Assembly: GCF_003610635.1 (NCBI RefSeq)
Contig: NZ_RAQJ01000001.1
Span: 348,474 to 372,473, forward strand
DNA: 24,000 nt
Direction of reading: 5' to 3'
Source: Ichthyenterobacterium magnum
Lineage (GTDB): Bacteria; Bacteroidota; Bacteroidia; Flavobacteriales; Flavobacteriaceae
In this document: one piece after another, positions 1 to 8,298 of the stretch
Position numbering within the stretch: position 1 is the stretch's first letter
Layout of the letters: the number at the start of each line of letters is the position of its first letter
Notes under the pieces: model-generated
The model's database searches: none
What the model was told of the DNA's origin: nothing
Seen by the model: the letters and a program-made list of their open reading frames with translations, nothing else
Program-made: the position numbers and the translations under genes

Positions 1-825
1 TATGCAAATTACAATGGGTTTTCTACAGCTTCAGGCGTTAAAGTTGTTCCGGTAATTTCAAAAATTGAAGATAATTTTGCGCTTCCAGCTATTGAAGAAT
101 TTGAAAAACTAATTACCCCAAAAACAAAAGCAATTCTAATATGCAACCCCGGAAATCCAACAGGTTATTTATATTCTAAAGAGGAGATACAAAAGCTTGC
201 TGCTATTGTAAAAAAGCATGATTTATTTTTAATAGCAGACGAAGTTTATCGTGAATTTGCTTATGATGGAAACAAACATTATTCTATAATGCAAGATTTT
301 GGACTAGAAGATTACGCAATTGTGATAGACTCTGTATCTAAACGTTATAGCATGTGTGGTGCTAGAATTGGGTGTCTTGTATCAAAAAACAAAGATGTTA
401 TAAAAACAGCTTTAAAATTTGCTCAAGCAAGGTTAAGTCCGCCAACTTTAGCTCAAATTGCTAGTGAAGCTGCACTTGAAACACCACAAAGTTACTTTGA
501 TGAAGTCATTACAGAGTATGTAGAAAGGCGAAATACCTTAATAACAGAATTGCAAAAAATAGAAGGTGTAAAGGTTGCCAAACCTAAAGGTGCTTTTTAT
601 TGTATTGCTGAGCTACCTGTAGCTAACTCAGATGATTTTGCGCAATGGCTTTTAGAAGAGTTTGATGTAAACGGAGAAACCATAATGGTTGCTCCAGCTG
701 CAGGTTTTTATTCAACACCTGGAGTTGGGTTAAACCAAATTAGAATTGCATACGTATTAAATAAAGAAAGTCTTATTAAGTCAGTTAATATTTTAAAAGA
801 AGCTTTAAAAGCATACAATAATTAA
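1..825 (+). CDS. Class I/II PLP-dependent aminotransferase (aspartate/aromatic aminotransferase-like), 5'-truncated by the window edge
   Basis: Frame 1 is open from nt 1 to TAA 823-825. My translation of nt 1-288 reads YANYNGFSTASGVKVVPV...AILICNPGNPTGYLYSKEEIQKLAAIVKKHDLFLIADEVYREFAYDG, continuous with the ORF-track piece 289..825. The PLP-lysine motif SVSKRYSMCGARIG is present. Confidence 0.88.
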   Translation, partial: YANYNGFSTASGVKVVPVISKIEDNFALPAIEEFEKLITPKTKAILICNPGNPTGYLYSKEEIQKLAAIVKKHDLFLIADEVYREFAYDGNKHYSIMQDFGLEDYAIVIDSVSKRYSMCGARIGCLVSKNKDVIKTALKFAQARLSPPTLAQIASEAALETPQSYFDEVITEYVERRNTLITELQKIEGVKVAKPKGAFYCIAELPVANSDDFAQWLLEEFDVNGETIMVAPAAGFYSTPGVGLNQIRIAYVLNKESLIKSVNILKEALKAYNN

Positions 826-1838
826 TGCAAATACTAGAAAATATATCTTTAAAAGAATATAATACTTTTGGTATAGATGTTAAAGCAAAGCATTTTGTTT
901 CTGTATCTTCTCTAGATCAATTAAAAACAGTTTTTTCTTCAGAAGCCTTTCCTAAAAAATTTATTTTAGGTGGCGGAAGTAATATGCTGCTCACAAAAGA
1001 TATCGATGCTTTAGTTGTTCATTTAAATTTAAAAGGAAAGCAAATTCTTTCAAAAACAGAAACTGAGGCTTTTGTTGAAAGCCAAGCAGGCGAAAACTGG
1101 CATGACTTTGTGCTTTGGACTTTAGATAACAATTTTGGAGGTTTAGAAAACTTATCACTCATCCCAGGAAATGTTGGCACAAGTCCAATACAAAATATTG
1201 GAGCTTATGGCGTTGAATTAAAAGATGCGTTTTACTCATGTAAAGCCTTAAATCTTGAAACTTTAGAAGTCGAAACATTTTCTAATTTACAATGTGAGTT
1301 TGATTATCGAAATTCTATTTTCAAACAACATGCTAAAGGAAAATACATTATTATAAGTGTGATTTTTAAATTAACTACCAAAAATCACCTGCTACATACT
1401 AACTATGGTGCAATTACTTCAGAGTTAGAAAGCATGAGTATTGAACAGCCAACTATTCAAGACATATCAAAAGCAGTAATTGCAATTCGGGAGAGCAAGC
1501 TCCCAAACCCAAAAAAAATTGGTAATTCAGGAAGTTTTTTTAAAAACCCAATTATTTCAAAAGATGCATTTTTAAAACTACAAAACAATTTTCCTAATGC
1601 ACCACATTATGTGGTTTCTGATACTGAAATTAAAGTGCCTGCAGGCTGGCTTATAGAACATGCTGGTTTTAAAGGGAAGACTTTTAACAACTATGGTGTT
1701 CATAAAAAACAAGCACTTGTACTTGTAAGTTATGGAGGTGCAAAAGGAGAAGATATTTTAAAACTGGCACAACTTATTCAAAAAACTATATATCGTCTTT
1801 TTGAAATTAAAATTGAAACCGAAGTCAACATTATATAA
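825..1838 (+). CDS. murB: UDP-N-acetylenolpyruvoylglucosamine reductase
   Basis: 337 aa with an FAD-binding N-terminus (LGGGSNML) and a typical MurB C-terminus (KVPAGWLIEHAGFKG). The start overlaps the upstream stop (TAATG at 823-827). Confidence 0.92.
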   Translation: MQILENISLKEYNTFGIDVKAKHFVSVSSLDQLKTVFSSEAFPKKFILGGGSNMLLTKDIDALVVHLNLKGKQILSKTETEAFVESQAGENWHDFVLWTLDNNFGGLENLSLIPGNVGTSPIQNIGAYGVELKDAFYSCKALNLETLEVETFSNLQCEFDYRNSIFKQHAKGKYIIISVIFKLTTKNHLLHTNYGAITSELESMSIEQPTIQDISKAVIAIRESKLPNPKKIGNSGSFFKNPIISKDAFLKLQNNFPNAPHYVVSDTEIKVPAGWLIEHAGFKGKTFNNYGVHKKQALVLVSYGGAKGEDILKLAQLIQKTIYRLFEIKIETEVNII

Positions 1839-1840
1839 AG

Positions 1841-1870
1841 AAGAAGCCTCAAATTAATTTGAGGCTTCTT
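1841..1870 (+). terminator. Hairpin just downstream of murB (candidate terminator; no T-run follows)
   Basis: Perfect 13-bp stem aagaagcctcaaa / tttgaggcttctt with loop ttaa, starting 3 nt after the murB stop. The stem ends in tt but there is no extended T tract after it. Confidence 0.7.
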
Positions 1871-2071
1871 AATTACTATAGAATAGTATGAAAATGCTAT
1901 TAATCAATTTCTTTAAAAGAAAGTTTAATTCTACAGTTGTATATATGATAATGGATTAAATTTCGTTTTAGTAATATTTTACTAATTTTACCACCTTAAC
2001 CTATATACGTATAAAACACCCCATTCGGATTTTTATAATTCATTTTTAACAAAAATCAAAACCATAATTTT

Positions 2072-2602
2072 TTGAGTACACCAATAGAACAACATATTGT
2101 AAAGCTACTAGAGAAAGGCGATAAAAAAGCAATTAATCTGCTATATGAAAATTATTCAAGCAGTCTCTATGGTGTTATTTTAAAAGTGACAATTAACGAA
2201 GAATTAGCTCAAGATGCGCTTCAAGAAACCTTTGTGAAAATTTGGAAAAATGCTAAAAAATACGATTCTAAAAAAGCAAAACTTTTTACTTGGCTATATA
2301 GAATTGCAAGAAATACAGCCATTGATAAACTAAGAAGTCATAACAAGAAATTTGATAAAGAAGTCCAAATAGACAAATCTAACGTATATATTCTACCAAC
2401 AGTTAGTTTAAATCAAGATGTTATAGATTTAAAAGAACATGTTGCTAAGCTGGACAACAAGTATCAAATTGTACTCAAAGCCTTATTTTTTGAAGGCATG
2501 ACACAACAAGAGGCAAGTGATGAATTAGAAATTCCGTTAGGTACAATAAAGTCTAGATTAAAAATTGGATTGCGAGAATTAAAAAAAATTTACAATCCAT
2601 AA
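2072..2602 (+). CDS. ECF-type RNA polymerase sigma-70 family factor
   Basis: 176 aa. Region 2 (AQDALQETFVKIWKNAKKYD...FTWLYRIARNTAIDKLR) and region 4 HTH (MTQQEASDELEIPLGTIKSRLKIGLRELKK) are both present. The start is TTG; there is no in-frame ATG nearby. Confidence 0.88.
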   Translation: MSTPIEQHIVKLLEKGDKKAINLLYENYSSSLYGVILKVTINEELAQDALQETFVKIWKNAKKYDSKKAKLFTWLYRIARNTAIDKLRSHNKKFDKEVQIDKSNVYILPTVSLNQDVIDLKEHVAKLDNKYQIVLKALFFEGMTQQEASDELEIPLGTIKSRLKIGLRELKKIYNP

Positions 2603-2607
2603 AATAG

Positions 2608-3399
2608 ATGGCTATGGAAACAAAACTACATTCTTTTTTACAGTCTGGTATATTAGATAAATATATACTAGGCACTACTTCTGCTTCAGAAAATTTAGAA
2701 GTAGAACATTATATTTCAACCTATCCAGAAGTTGAAAAAGAATATAATAGATTACAAGATAATTTAGAAACTATCGCAAAAGCAAATGCTGTAGAAGCAC
2801 CTAAATTTATTTTAGATGCAATTAATGATGAGTTAAATGAAACTCCAGTTATTAATTTACAATCACAAAACAGAAAAACACCTTGGTATAGTATTGCTGC
2901 AAGTATTGCTGCCTTAATATTTGCTGGAACTGCGTTTTTAATGTATCAGCAAAATCAATTATTACTTAATGAAAACCAAGTTGTAGTAGATGAAATTTTT
3001 GATTTACGTCAAGACATAGAACAAAACAATGGAAAGTTAGACGCCGTTATGCGTCAGTTTATGAAACTTAATAACCCAGAAACTGAAAAGTATGTTTTAA
3101 GAGGAAATGAACGTGCAAAAGACTTAAAAACCGTAGCATATATTAATGCTGTTGATAAAACATCTATGATAGATGTATTATCGCTTCCGCAATTACCAGA
3201 AAATCAAACGTATCAAATTTGGGCAGAGATGCAAGACAGAATGGTTAATCTCGGTATTTTAGATGCTTCAGAAAGACAATTTCAATCTATTCCGTATATG
3301 GAAAATGCTTTAGCATTAAGCATAACTATTGAGCCAAAAGGAAGTAATGCTTCTGAAAATGCTGAAAAGGCAGTTGCAGAAATATCGCTTAAAGATTAA
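2608..3399 (+). CDS. Anti-sigma factor (RskA/anti-sigma-K-like, single-pass membrane protein)
   Basis: Begins 5 nt after the ECF sigma gene. It has one central TM helix (WYSIAASIAALIFAGTAFLMY). The C-terminal domain with ...TYQIWAEM... resembles the RskA extracytoplasmic domain. Confidence 0.75.
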   Translation: MAMETKLHSFLQSGILDKYILGTTSASENLEVEHYISTYPEVEKEYNRLQDNLETIAKANAVEAPKFILDAINDELNETPVINLQSQNRKTPWYSIAASIAALIFAGTAFLMYQQNQLLLNENQVVVDEIFDLRQDIEQNNGKLDAVMRQFMKLNNPETEKYVLRGNERAKDLKTVAYINAVDKTSMIDVLSLPQLPENQTYQIWAEMQDRMVNLGILDASERQFQSIPYMENALALSITIEPKGSNASENAEKAVAEISLKD

Positions 3400-3418
3400 C
3401 AACATTTATATAAAAACG

Positions 3419-3453
3419 AAAGCTCCTTTGTTATTTTCAAAGGAGCTTTTTTT
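3419..3453. terminator. Bidirectional rho-independent terminator between the convergent anti-sigma gene and aqpZ
   Basis: 12-bp stem aaagctcctttg (3419-3430) / caaaggagcttt (3438-3449). It is followed by a T-run on the + strand, and the A-run on the other side gives a T-run on the - strand. Confidence 0.8.
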
Positions 3454-3469
3454 ATATCAAAAAAATAAA

Positions 3470-4156
3470 TTATTCTTTATCAAAAAGTGCTTTATGAATA
3501 AACCCAGCAACTAAAGCACCAGCAATTGGAGCTAACCAAAACAACCATAATTGAGGTACATATTCGCCTCCTGCAAATAATGCTTGACTTGTAGAACGTG
3601 CAGGATTAACTGACGTATTTGTTACAGGAATACTAATTAAATGTATTAACGTTAACCCTAAACCTATAGCAATTGGCGCAAATCCTTTAGGAGCTTTAAC
3701 GTTTGTACTTCCTAAAATAATTAACAAGAAAAACATAGTTAATAAAAATTCAACAATTAAAGCTGACATCATAGAATATCCACCAGGAGATAAATCTCCA
3801 TAGCCATTAGCAGCAAAACCACCAGCATCATTAAAGCCAGACTTTCCAGATAAAATAAGATACAATGCGCCTGCTGCAACCACTGCACCAATTAATTGCG
3901 CAATTATGTAACCAATTAAATCTTTAGCTGGAAATTTTCCACTTGCCCAAAGACCAAAAGATACCGCTGGATTAAAATGTCCTCCAGAAATATGTCCAAC
4001 AGCATAAGCCATTGTTAATACAGTTAGACCAAAAGCTAATGCAACACCAACAAAACCAATTCCTAATTCTGGGAATCCTGCAGCAAAAATTGCACTACCA
4101 CAACCTCCAAATACAAGCCAAAATGTACCAAAGAATTCTGCAAATAATTTTTTCAT
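3470..4156 (-). CDS. aqpZ: Aquaporin Z (MIP family water channel)
   Basis: 228 aa with both NPA boxes (HFNPAVS and SVNPARS) and six predicted TM segments. The N-terminus [21 protein letters not shown] is typical of AqpZ. Confidence 0.93.
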   Translation of the reverse strand: MKKLFAEFFGTFWLVFGGCGSAIFAAGFPELGIGFVGVALAFGLTVLTMAYAVGHISGGHFNPAVSFGLWASGKFPAKDLIGYIIAQLIGAVVAAGALYLILSGKSGFNDAGGFAANGYGDLSPGGYSMMSALIVEFLLTMFFLLIILGSTNVKAPKGFAPIAIGLGLTLIHLISIPVTNTSVNPARSTSQALFAGGEYVPQLWLFWLAPIAGALVAGFIHKALFDKE

Positions 4157-4300
4157 AAGTAATAATTTTAAAAGTTAGTTAATTAAAAATACATATAATC
4201 AACAATATGACACCAAAAGTGTTAAAAAGTCACACAACTCATAATTTACTAAATAGCAGTTTATAACACATAATTGTTATAGAAAATCAGCTAAAAGCAG

Positions 4301-4308
4301 TATCTTTG
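4301..4308 (+). promoter_or_regulatory. Candidate Bacteroidota -7 promoter box (TAnnTTTG) for the 4415 gene
   Basis: Exact TATCTTTG octamer. A TTG lies at 4274-4276, at a slightly long spacing for a -33 element. This would leave a leader of about 100 nt. Confidence 0.3.
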
Positions 4309-4414
4309 TAAAAATTTTAATAGATGAAACATTCATGACTAAATTTTCTTCTATCTAAGAGAATATTTATGTGAATGTTCCATGTGGCCATTAAAAAACA
4401 ATAGATAAAAACAC

Positions 4415-4618
4415 ATGAAACTTTTATTAATCACCTTATTATTATTAGGCTTAGGAATTGCAGGAATTGCTATAAAAATCTGGGCTAAAAAAGACGGAAA
4501 ATTTGCAGGCACATGTGCAAGTCAAAACCCTATGCTAAATACAGAAGGTGAATCTTGTGGTTTTTGTGGCAAAACACCAGACCAGTTTGAAAACTGCAAC
4601 GAAACTCAACATTCATAA
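4415..4618 (+). CDS. Small membrane-anchored Cys-rich protein (hypothetical)
   Basis: 67 aa with an N-terminal hydrophobic helix (LLLITLLLLGLGIAGIAIKIW) followed by a soluble tail with 4 Cys (GTC...SCGFCG...NC). Its stop lies 3 nt before the GT2 start, suggesting co-translation. Confidence 0.6.
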   Translation: MKLLLITLLLLGLGIAGIAIKIWAKKDGKFAGTCASQNPMLNTEGESCGFCGKTPDQFENCNETQHS

Positions 4619-4621
4619 GCA

Positions 4622-5737
4622 TTGACATCGTTATTTGAAGTAGTATTCTACAGCTTTATAATAGTTGTTACCATTCAAATAATTTATTATGGCTTCGTTT
4701 TTATGAATTTTTCTTTTCATAAAGAATCAGCCTCAACTTCAAAAAACATTGCTATATCTGTTCTTATTTGCGCAAAAAATGAAGCAGAAAATTTAAAACA
4801 ATTTTTACCGTCAATTCTTGAACAAGAGTATCAAAACTTTGAAGTTGTTTTAATTAATGACGACTCAACAGATGAGACTTTAAAAGTCATGGAGGCTTTT
4901 AAAGAGAAGCACAGCTCCATTAAAATTGTAAATGTAAAAACTATCGAAAAATTTTGGGGAAACAAAAAGTACGCGCTTACATTAGGCATAAAAGCTGCTA
5001 CACATAACTTTTTACTCTTTACTGATGCAGATTGCAAACCAGTTTCAAGACATTGGATAAGTGAAATGAGTAGTCATTTTTCTAACACAAAATCTATTGT
5101 TATAGGTTATGGTGCTTATAAAAAAATTAAAGGTTCTTTTTTAAACAAACTAATTCGTTTTGAAACCTTACTATCTGCTACACAATATTTTTCTTACGCG
5201 ATATTAGGTCAACCATACATGGCTGTTGGCAGAAATCTTGCTTATAGAAAAGAAACTTTCTTTGTAGCAAATGGTTTCATGAACCATATGGAAATTAAAT
5301 CTGGAGATGATGACTTATTTATAAATCAAGTGTCTAATAAATTAAACACATCTATTTCTATTTCTAAAAACAGTTTTACTTTATCTGAACCTAAAACATC
5401 TTTTAAAGCATGGATTAAACAAAAACAAAGACATATTAGTACCGCAAAACATTATAAATTTAAACATAAGATTGCATTAGGCCTTTTTTATACATCTCAA
5501 CTTCTGTTTTGGGTACTCGCAATTTTATTACTAAGTACATTATTTAATTGGAAAATAGTTTTAGCTCTAATAACCTTAAGATTTAGTATTCAATTTATTA
5601 GTTTAGGTTTAATCTCAAAAAAGTTAAATGAAAAGGGACTTATCATCCTTTTTCCGTTTCTTGAATTATTTTTAATTACATTTCAATTCTATATCTTTAT
5701 AAAAAATCTTATATCAAAACCTCAGCACTGGAAATAA
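4622..5737 (+). CDS. Family 2 glycosyltransferase, membrane-bound
   Basis: 371 aa. The GT2 signature is ISVLICAKNEAENL...VVLINDDSTDET...FTDADC. An N-terminal TM helix and several C-terminal TM helices are present. The start is TTG. Confidence 0.85.
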   Translation: MTSLFEVVFYSFIIVVTIQIIYYGFVFMNFSFHKESASTSKNIAISVLICAKNEAENLKQFLPSILEQEYQNFEVVLINDDSTDETLKVMEAFKEKHSSIKIVNVKTIEKFWGNKKYALTLGIKAATHNFLLFTDADCKPVSRHWISEMSSHFSNTKSIVIGYGAYKKIKGSFLNKLIRFETLLSATQYFSYAILGQPYMAVGRNLAYRKETFFVANGFMNHMEIKSGDDDLFINQVSNKLNTSISISKNSFTLSEPKTSFKAWIKQKQRHISTAKHYKFKHKIALGLFYTSQLLFWVLAILLLSTLFNWKIVLALITLRFSIQFISLGLISKKLNEKGLIILFPFLELFLITFQFYIFIKNLISKPQHWK

Positions 5738-5787
5738 AAGAAGCTATTGAAAAAGCAAAAGACAATGACCAAATTGCCTTTAACTTT

Positions 5788-6276
5788 TTGCTAGATAAGT
5801 TTTGGAATGATGTTTATGGATTTCAAATTAAACGTACTAAAAACGAAAATGACGCTGAAGATATAACCATTCAAACATTTTCTAAAGCTTTTGATAAAAT
5901 ACATACTTATAAAGACAAATATGTATTTAAAACATGGTTAATAACCATTTCAAAAAATATTCATATTGATTTAATTAGAAAACAAAAATCTACAATTGCC
6001 AATACTTCCAGACATGGTGATGAAAATGAGTTTTATGATATTATAGACGAATCACCTTCACCTGAAGACAAATTAATTACCGAACAAAATTTAGCAAAAT
6101 TACTTAGAGACATAAAAAAATTGAAACCTCATTATCAAGACGTGATTAACCTTAGATATTTTCAGGAGTTAAGTTATAAAGAAATATCTGAGCAACTTGA
6201 AGAACCAATTAACAATGTTAAAGTAAAGCTTTTAAGAGCTAAAAAATTACTAGCAGAAATTATTACTAAAAAATAA
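5788..6276 (+). CDS. RNA polymerase sigma-70 family (ECF-like) factor; true start probably upstream (see finding)
   Basis: Region 2 (AEDITIQTFSKAF...FKTWLITISKNIHIDLIRK) and region 4 (LSYKEISEQLEEPINNVKVKLLRAKKLL) are present. 5788 is the first TTG, but the frame is open and protein-like from 5665. Confidence 0.85.
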   Translation: MLDKFWNDVYGFQIKRTKNENDAEDITIQTFSKAFDKIHTYKDKYVFKTWLITISKNIHIDLIRKQKSTIANTSRHGDENEFYDIIDESPSPEDKLITEQNLAKLLRDIKKLKPHYQDVINLRYFQELSYKEISEQLEEPINNVKVKLLRAKKLLAEIITKK

Positions 6277-6343
6277 CCTTTTCAATCTAAAAATTATAAG
6301 CTGAGGCTTAGGTTTAAAAACAGTATATTACAATTTTACTTTG

Positions 6344-6351
6344 TATCTTTG
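6344..6351 (+). promoter_or_regulatory. Candidate -7 promoter box (TAnnTTTG) upstream of lipA
   Basis: Exact TATCTTTG, 20-23 nt upstream of the lipA start. No convincing -33 TTG was seen. Confidence 0.3.
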
Positions 6352-6373
6352 CTTTTTGAAATTTCAATAATTG

Positions 6374-7252
6374 ATGGATACTAAAACAGCTTCAAATACA
6401 GCAACAGAACGTCAACCAAAACCTAAATGGCTTCGTGTAAAATTGCCTACTGGTAAAAAATATACTGAGCTTAGAGGTCTTGTAGATAAATACAAACTCA
6501 ATACTATTTGTACATCTGGTAGCTGCCCTAATATGGGAGAATGTTGGGGAGAAGGTACTGCAACCTTTATGATTTTAGGAAATATTTGCACACGTTCTTG
6601 CGGATTTTGTGGTGTAAAAACTGGTCGCCCAGAAACTGTAGATTGGGATGAGCCAGAAAAAGTTGCGCGTTCAATTAAAATCATGAATATTAAACATGCT
6701 GTATTAACAAGTGTTGATAGAGATGATTTAAAAGATATGGGAAGCATCATGTGGTCAGAAACTGTAAAAGCAGTAAGGCGTATGAACCCAGAAACTACTT
6801 TAGAAACTTTAATTCCAGATTTTCAAGGTATCGAACAACATATTGATAGAATTATTGATGTTGCGCCAGAAGTTGTATCTCATAATATCGAAACTGTAAG
6901 AAGACTTACTAGAGAAGTAAGAATACAAGCAAAATACGACAGAAGCCTTGGTGTGTTAAAGTATTTAAAAGCGCAAGGACAACGACGCACAAAATCTGGT
7001 ATTATGCTAGGTCTTGGAGAAACTCGTGAAGAAGTAATCGCTACACTTCACGATCTTAAAGATAATGATGTTGATGTTGTTACTATAGGGCAATATCTTC
7101 AGCCAAGTAAAAAACATCTTCCTGTTCAAGAATTTGTAACTCCAGAACAGTTTGACGAGTACAAAAAAATTGGTTTAGATTTAGGCTTTCGTCATGTAGA
7201 AAGTAGTGCTTTAGTACGTTCTTCATACAAAGCTCAAAAACACATTAACTAA
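6374..7252 (+). CDS. lipA: Lipoyl synthase (radical SAM)
   Basis: Auxiliary-cluster motif CPNMGEC and radical-SAM motif [10 protein letters not shown] are both present. The length and C-terminus are typical of LipA. I chose ATG 6374; the ORF track starts at the adjacent TTG 6371. Confidence 0.93.
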   Translation: MDTKTASNTATERQPKPKWLRVKLPTGKKYTELRGLVDKYKLNTICTSGSCPNMGECWGEGTATFMILGNICTRSCGFCGVKTGRPETVDWDEPEKVARSIKIMNIKHAVLTSVDRDDLKDMGSIMWSETVKAVRRMNPETTLETLIPDFQGIEQHIDRIIDVAPEVVSHNIETVRRLTREVRIQAKYDRSLGVLKYLKAQGQRRTKSGIMLGLGETREEVIATLHDLKDNDVDVVTIGQYLQPSKKHLPVQEFVTPEQFDEYKKIGLDLGFRHVESSALVRSSYKAQKHIN

Positions 7253-8268
7253 TGATTAATGTTGCTATTAATGGTTTTGGAAGAATTGGACGTAGAGTAT
7301 TTCGTCTTATTCAAGAAAGAAATGACATTCAAGTTGTTGCTATAAACGATTTGGCAGATGCTAAAACCTTGAGTCACTTATTAAAGTACGATAGTATTCA
7401 TGGTGTATCAAATCAATCTATATCTCATTCTGAAAAAACTATAATTGCAAACAATAAAAGTATTCCGCTTCTAAATGAAACACATCCAAAAAATCTAGAT
7501 TGGAATCCTTACAATATTGATTTTGTAATTGAAGCCACAGGTAAATTTAAAGCAGCTTCAGATTTAGAATTTCATATTAAAAATGGAGCCAATCGCGTTA
7601 TTTTGAGTGTTCCTCCATTAAAAGATGATATAAAAACCGTAGTTCTTGGCATAAATGAAGATATTCTAAATGGTGACGAGACTATAATATCTAATGCATC
7701 ATGTACCACAAATAATGCGGCTCCAATGATTTCTGTTATTGATGAATTATGTGGCGTAAGGCAAGCTTATATCACCACAGTACACTCGTACACAACAGAT
7801 CAAAGCTTACATGATCAACCTCATAGAGACCTACGTCGTGCTAGAGCAGCTGGTCAATCAATAGTTCCAACCACAACTGGAGCAGCAAAAGCATTGACAA
7901 AAATTTTTCCTAAACTTTCAAATGTTATTGGCGGTTGTGGCATAAGAGTTCCTGTTGCTAATGGTTCTTTAACCGATATTACATTTAATGTTGACAAAAC
8001 TGTATCTATAAACGATATTAATTCTGCATTTAAAAAAGCTTCAGAAACACATTTAAAAAACATATTAGAATATACAGAAGACCCAATTGTATCTATTGAT
8101 ATTGTTGGTAATACGCACTCTTGCATTTTCGATTCTCAAATGACTTCGGTTATCGGAAATATGATAAAAATTGTAGGTTGGTACGATAATGAGACTGGTT
8201 ATTCATCAAGAATTTTAGATTTAATTTGCAATTTATCGGATAAATCATCACTTTTATCGAATAAATAA
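7252..8268 (+). CDS. gap: Type I glyceraldehyde-3-phosphate dehydrogenase
   Basis: NAD-binding motif INGFGRIGR, active site SNASCTTNNAAP, and WYDNETGYS near the C-terminus. The start overlaps the lipA stop (TAATG at 7250-7254). Confidence 0.9.
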   Translation: MINVAINGFGRIGRRVFRLIQERNDIQVVAINDLADAKTLSHLLKYDSIHGVSNQSISHSEKTIIANNKSIPLLNETHPKNLDWNPYNIDFVIEATGKFKAASDLEFHIKNGANRVILSVPPLKDDIKTVVLGINEDILNGDETIISNASCTTNNAAPMISVIDELCGVRQAYITTVHSYTTDQSLHDQPHRDLRRARAAGQSIVPTTTGAAKALTKIFPKLSNVIGGCGIRVPVANGSLTDITFNVDKTVSINDINSAFKKASETHLKNILEYTEDPIVSIDIVGNTHSCIFDSQMTSVIGNMIKIVGWYDNETGYSSRILDLICNLSDKSSLLSNK

Positions 8269-8269
8269 T

Positions 8270-8277
8270 TATATTTG
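8270..8277 (+). promoter_or_regulatory. Candidate -7 promoter box (TAnnTTTG) for the hybrid kinase
   Basis: TATATTTG lies 2 nt after the gap stop. It covers the ORF-track TTG start (8275), which argues for ATG 8299 as the real start. Confidence 0.4.
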
Positions 8278-8298
8278 TTCAAAATAAGTGGCCTAAAT

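Noticed and set aside
1888-1959. 23-codon ORF (MKMLLINFFKRKFNSTVVYMIMD) in the murB-sigma spacer
   Set aside because: It is very short, nothing supports a promoter or conservation from the sequence alone, and its composition is typical of random AT-rich ORFs.
3329-3514. 61-aa + strand ORF from the ORF track
   Set aside because: It starts out of frame inside the anti-sigma gene, runs through the bidirectional terminator hairpin and ends antisense to aqpZ. The sequence is low-complexity and K/L/F-rich, typical of AT-rich noise.
4831-5037. 68-aa minus-strand ORF
   Set aside because: It is fully antisense within the well-supported GT2 gene and has no motifs.
6284-6320. Possible terminator after the second sigma gene (taagc-tgag-gctta)
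   Set aside because: The stem is only 5 bp with no convincing T-run, which is too weak to call.
6412-6750. 112-aa minus-strand ORF
   Set aside because: It is antisense within lipA, whose radical-SAM motifs make the + strand reading unambiguous.
7854-8126. 90-aa minus-strand ORF
   Set aside because: It is antisense within the GAPDH gene.
7252-8268. GAPDH active-site variant SCTTNNAAP (Asn in place of the usual second Cys) and a short C-terminal extension, considered as a sign of a neofunctionalised paralogue
   Set aside because: The catalytic Cys, the NAD-binding motif and the rest of the sequence are canonical. The second Cys is non-essential in characterised GAPDHs. I cannot judge lineage norms without an alignment.
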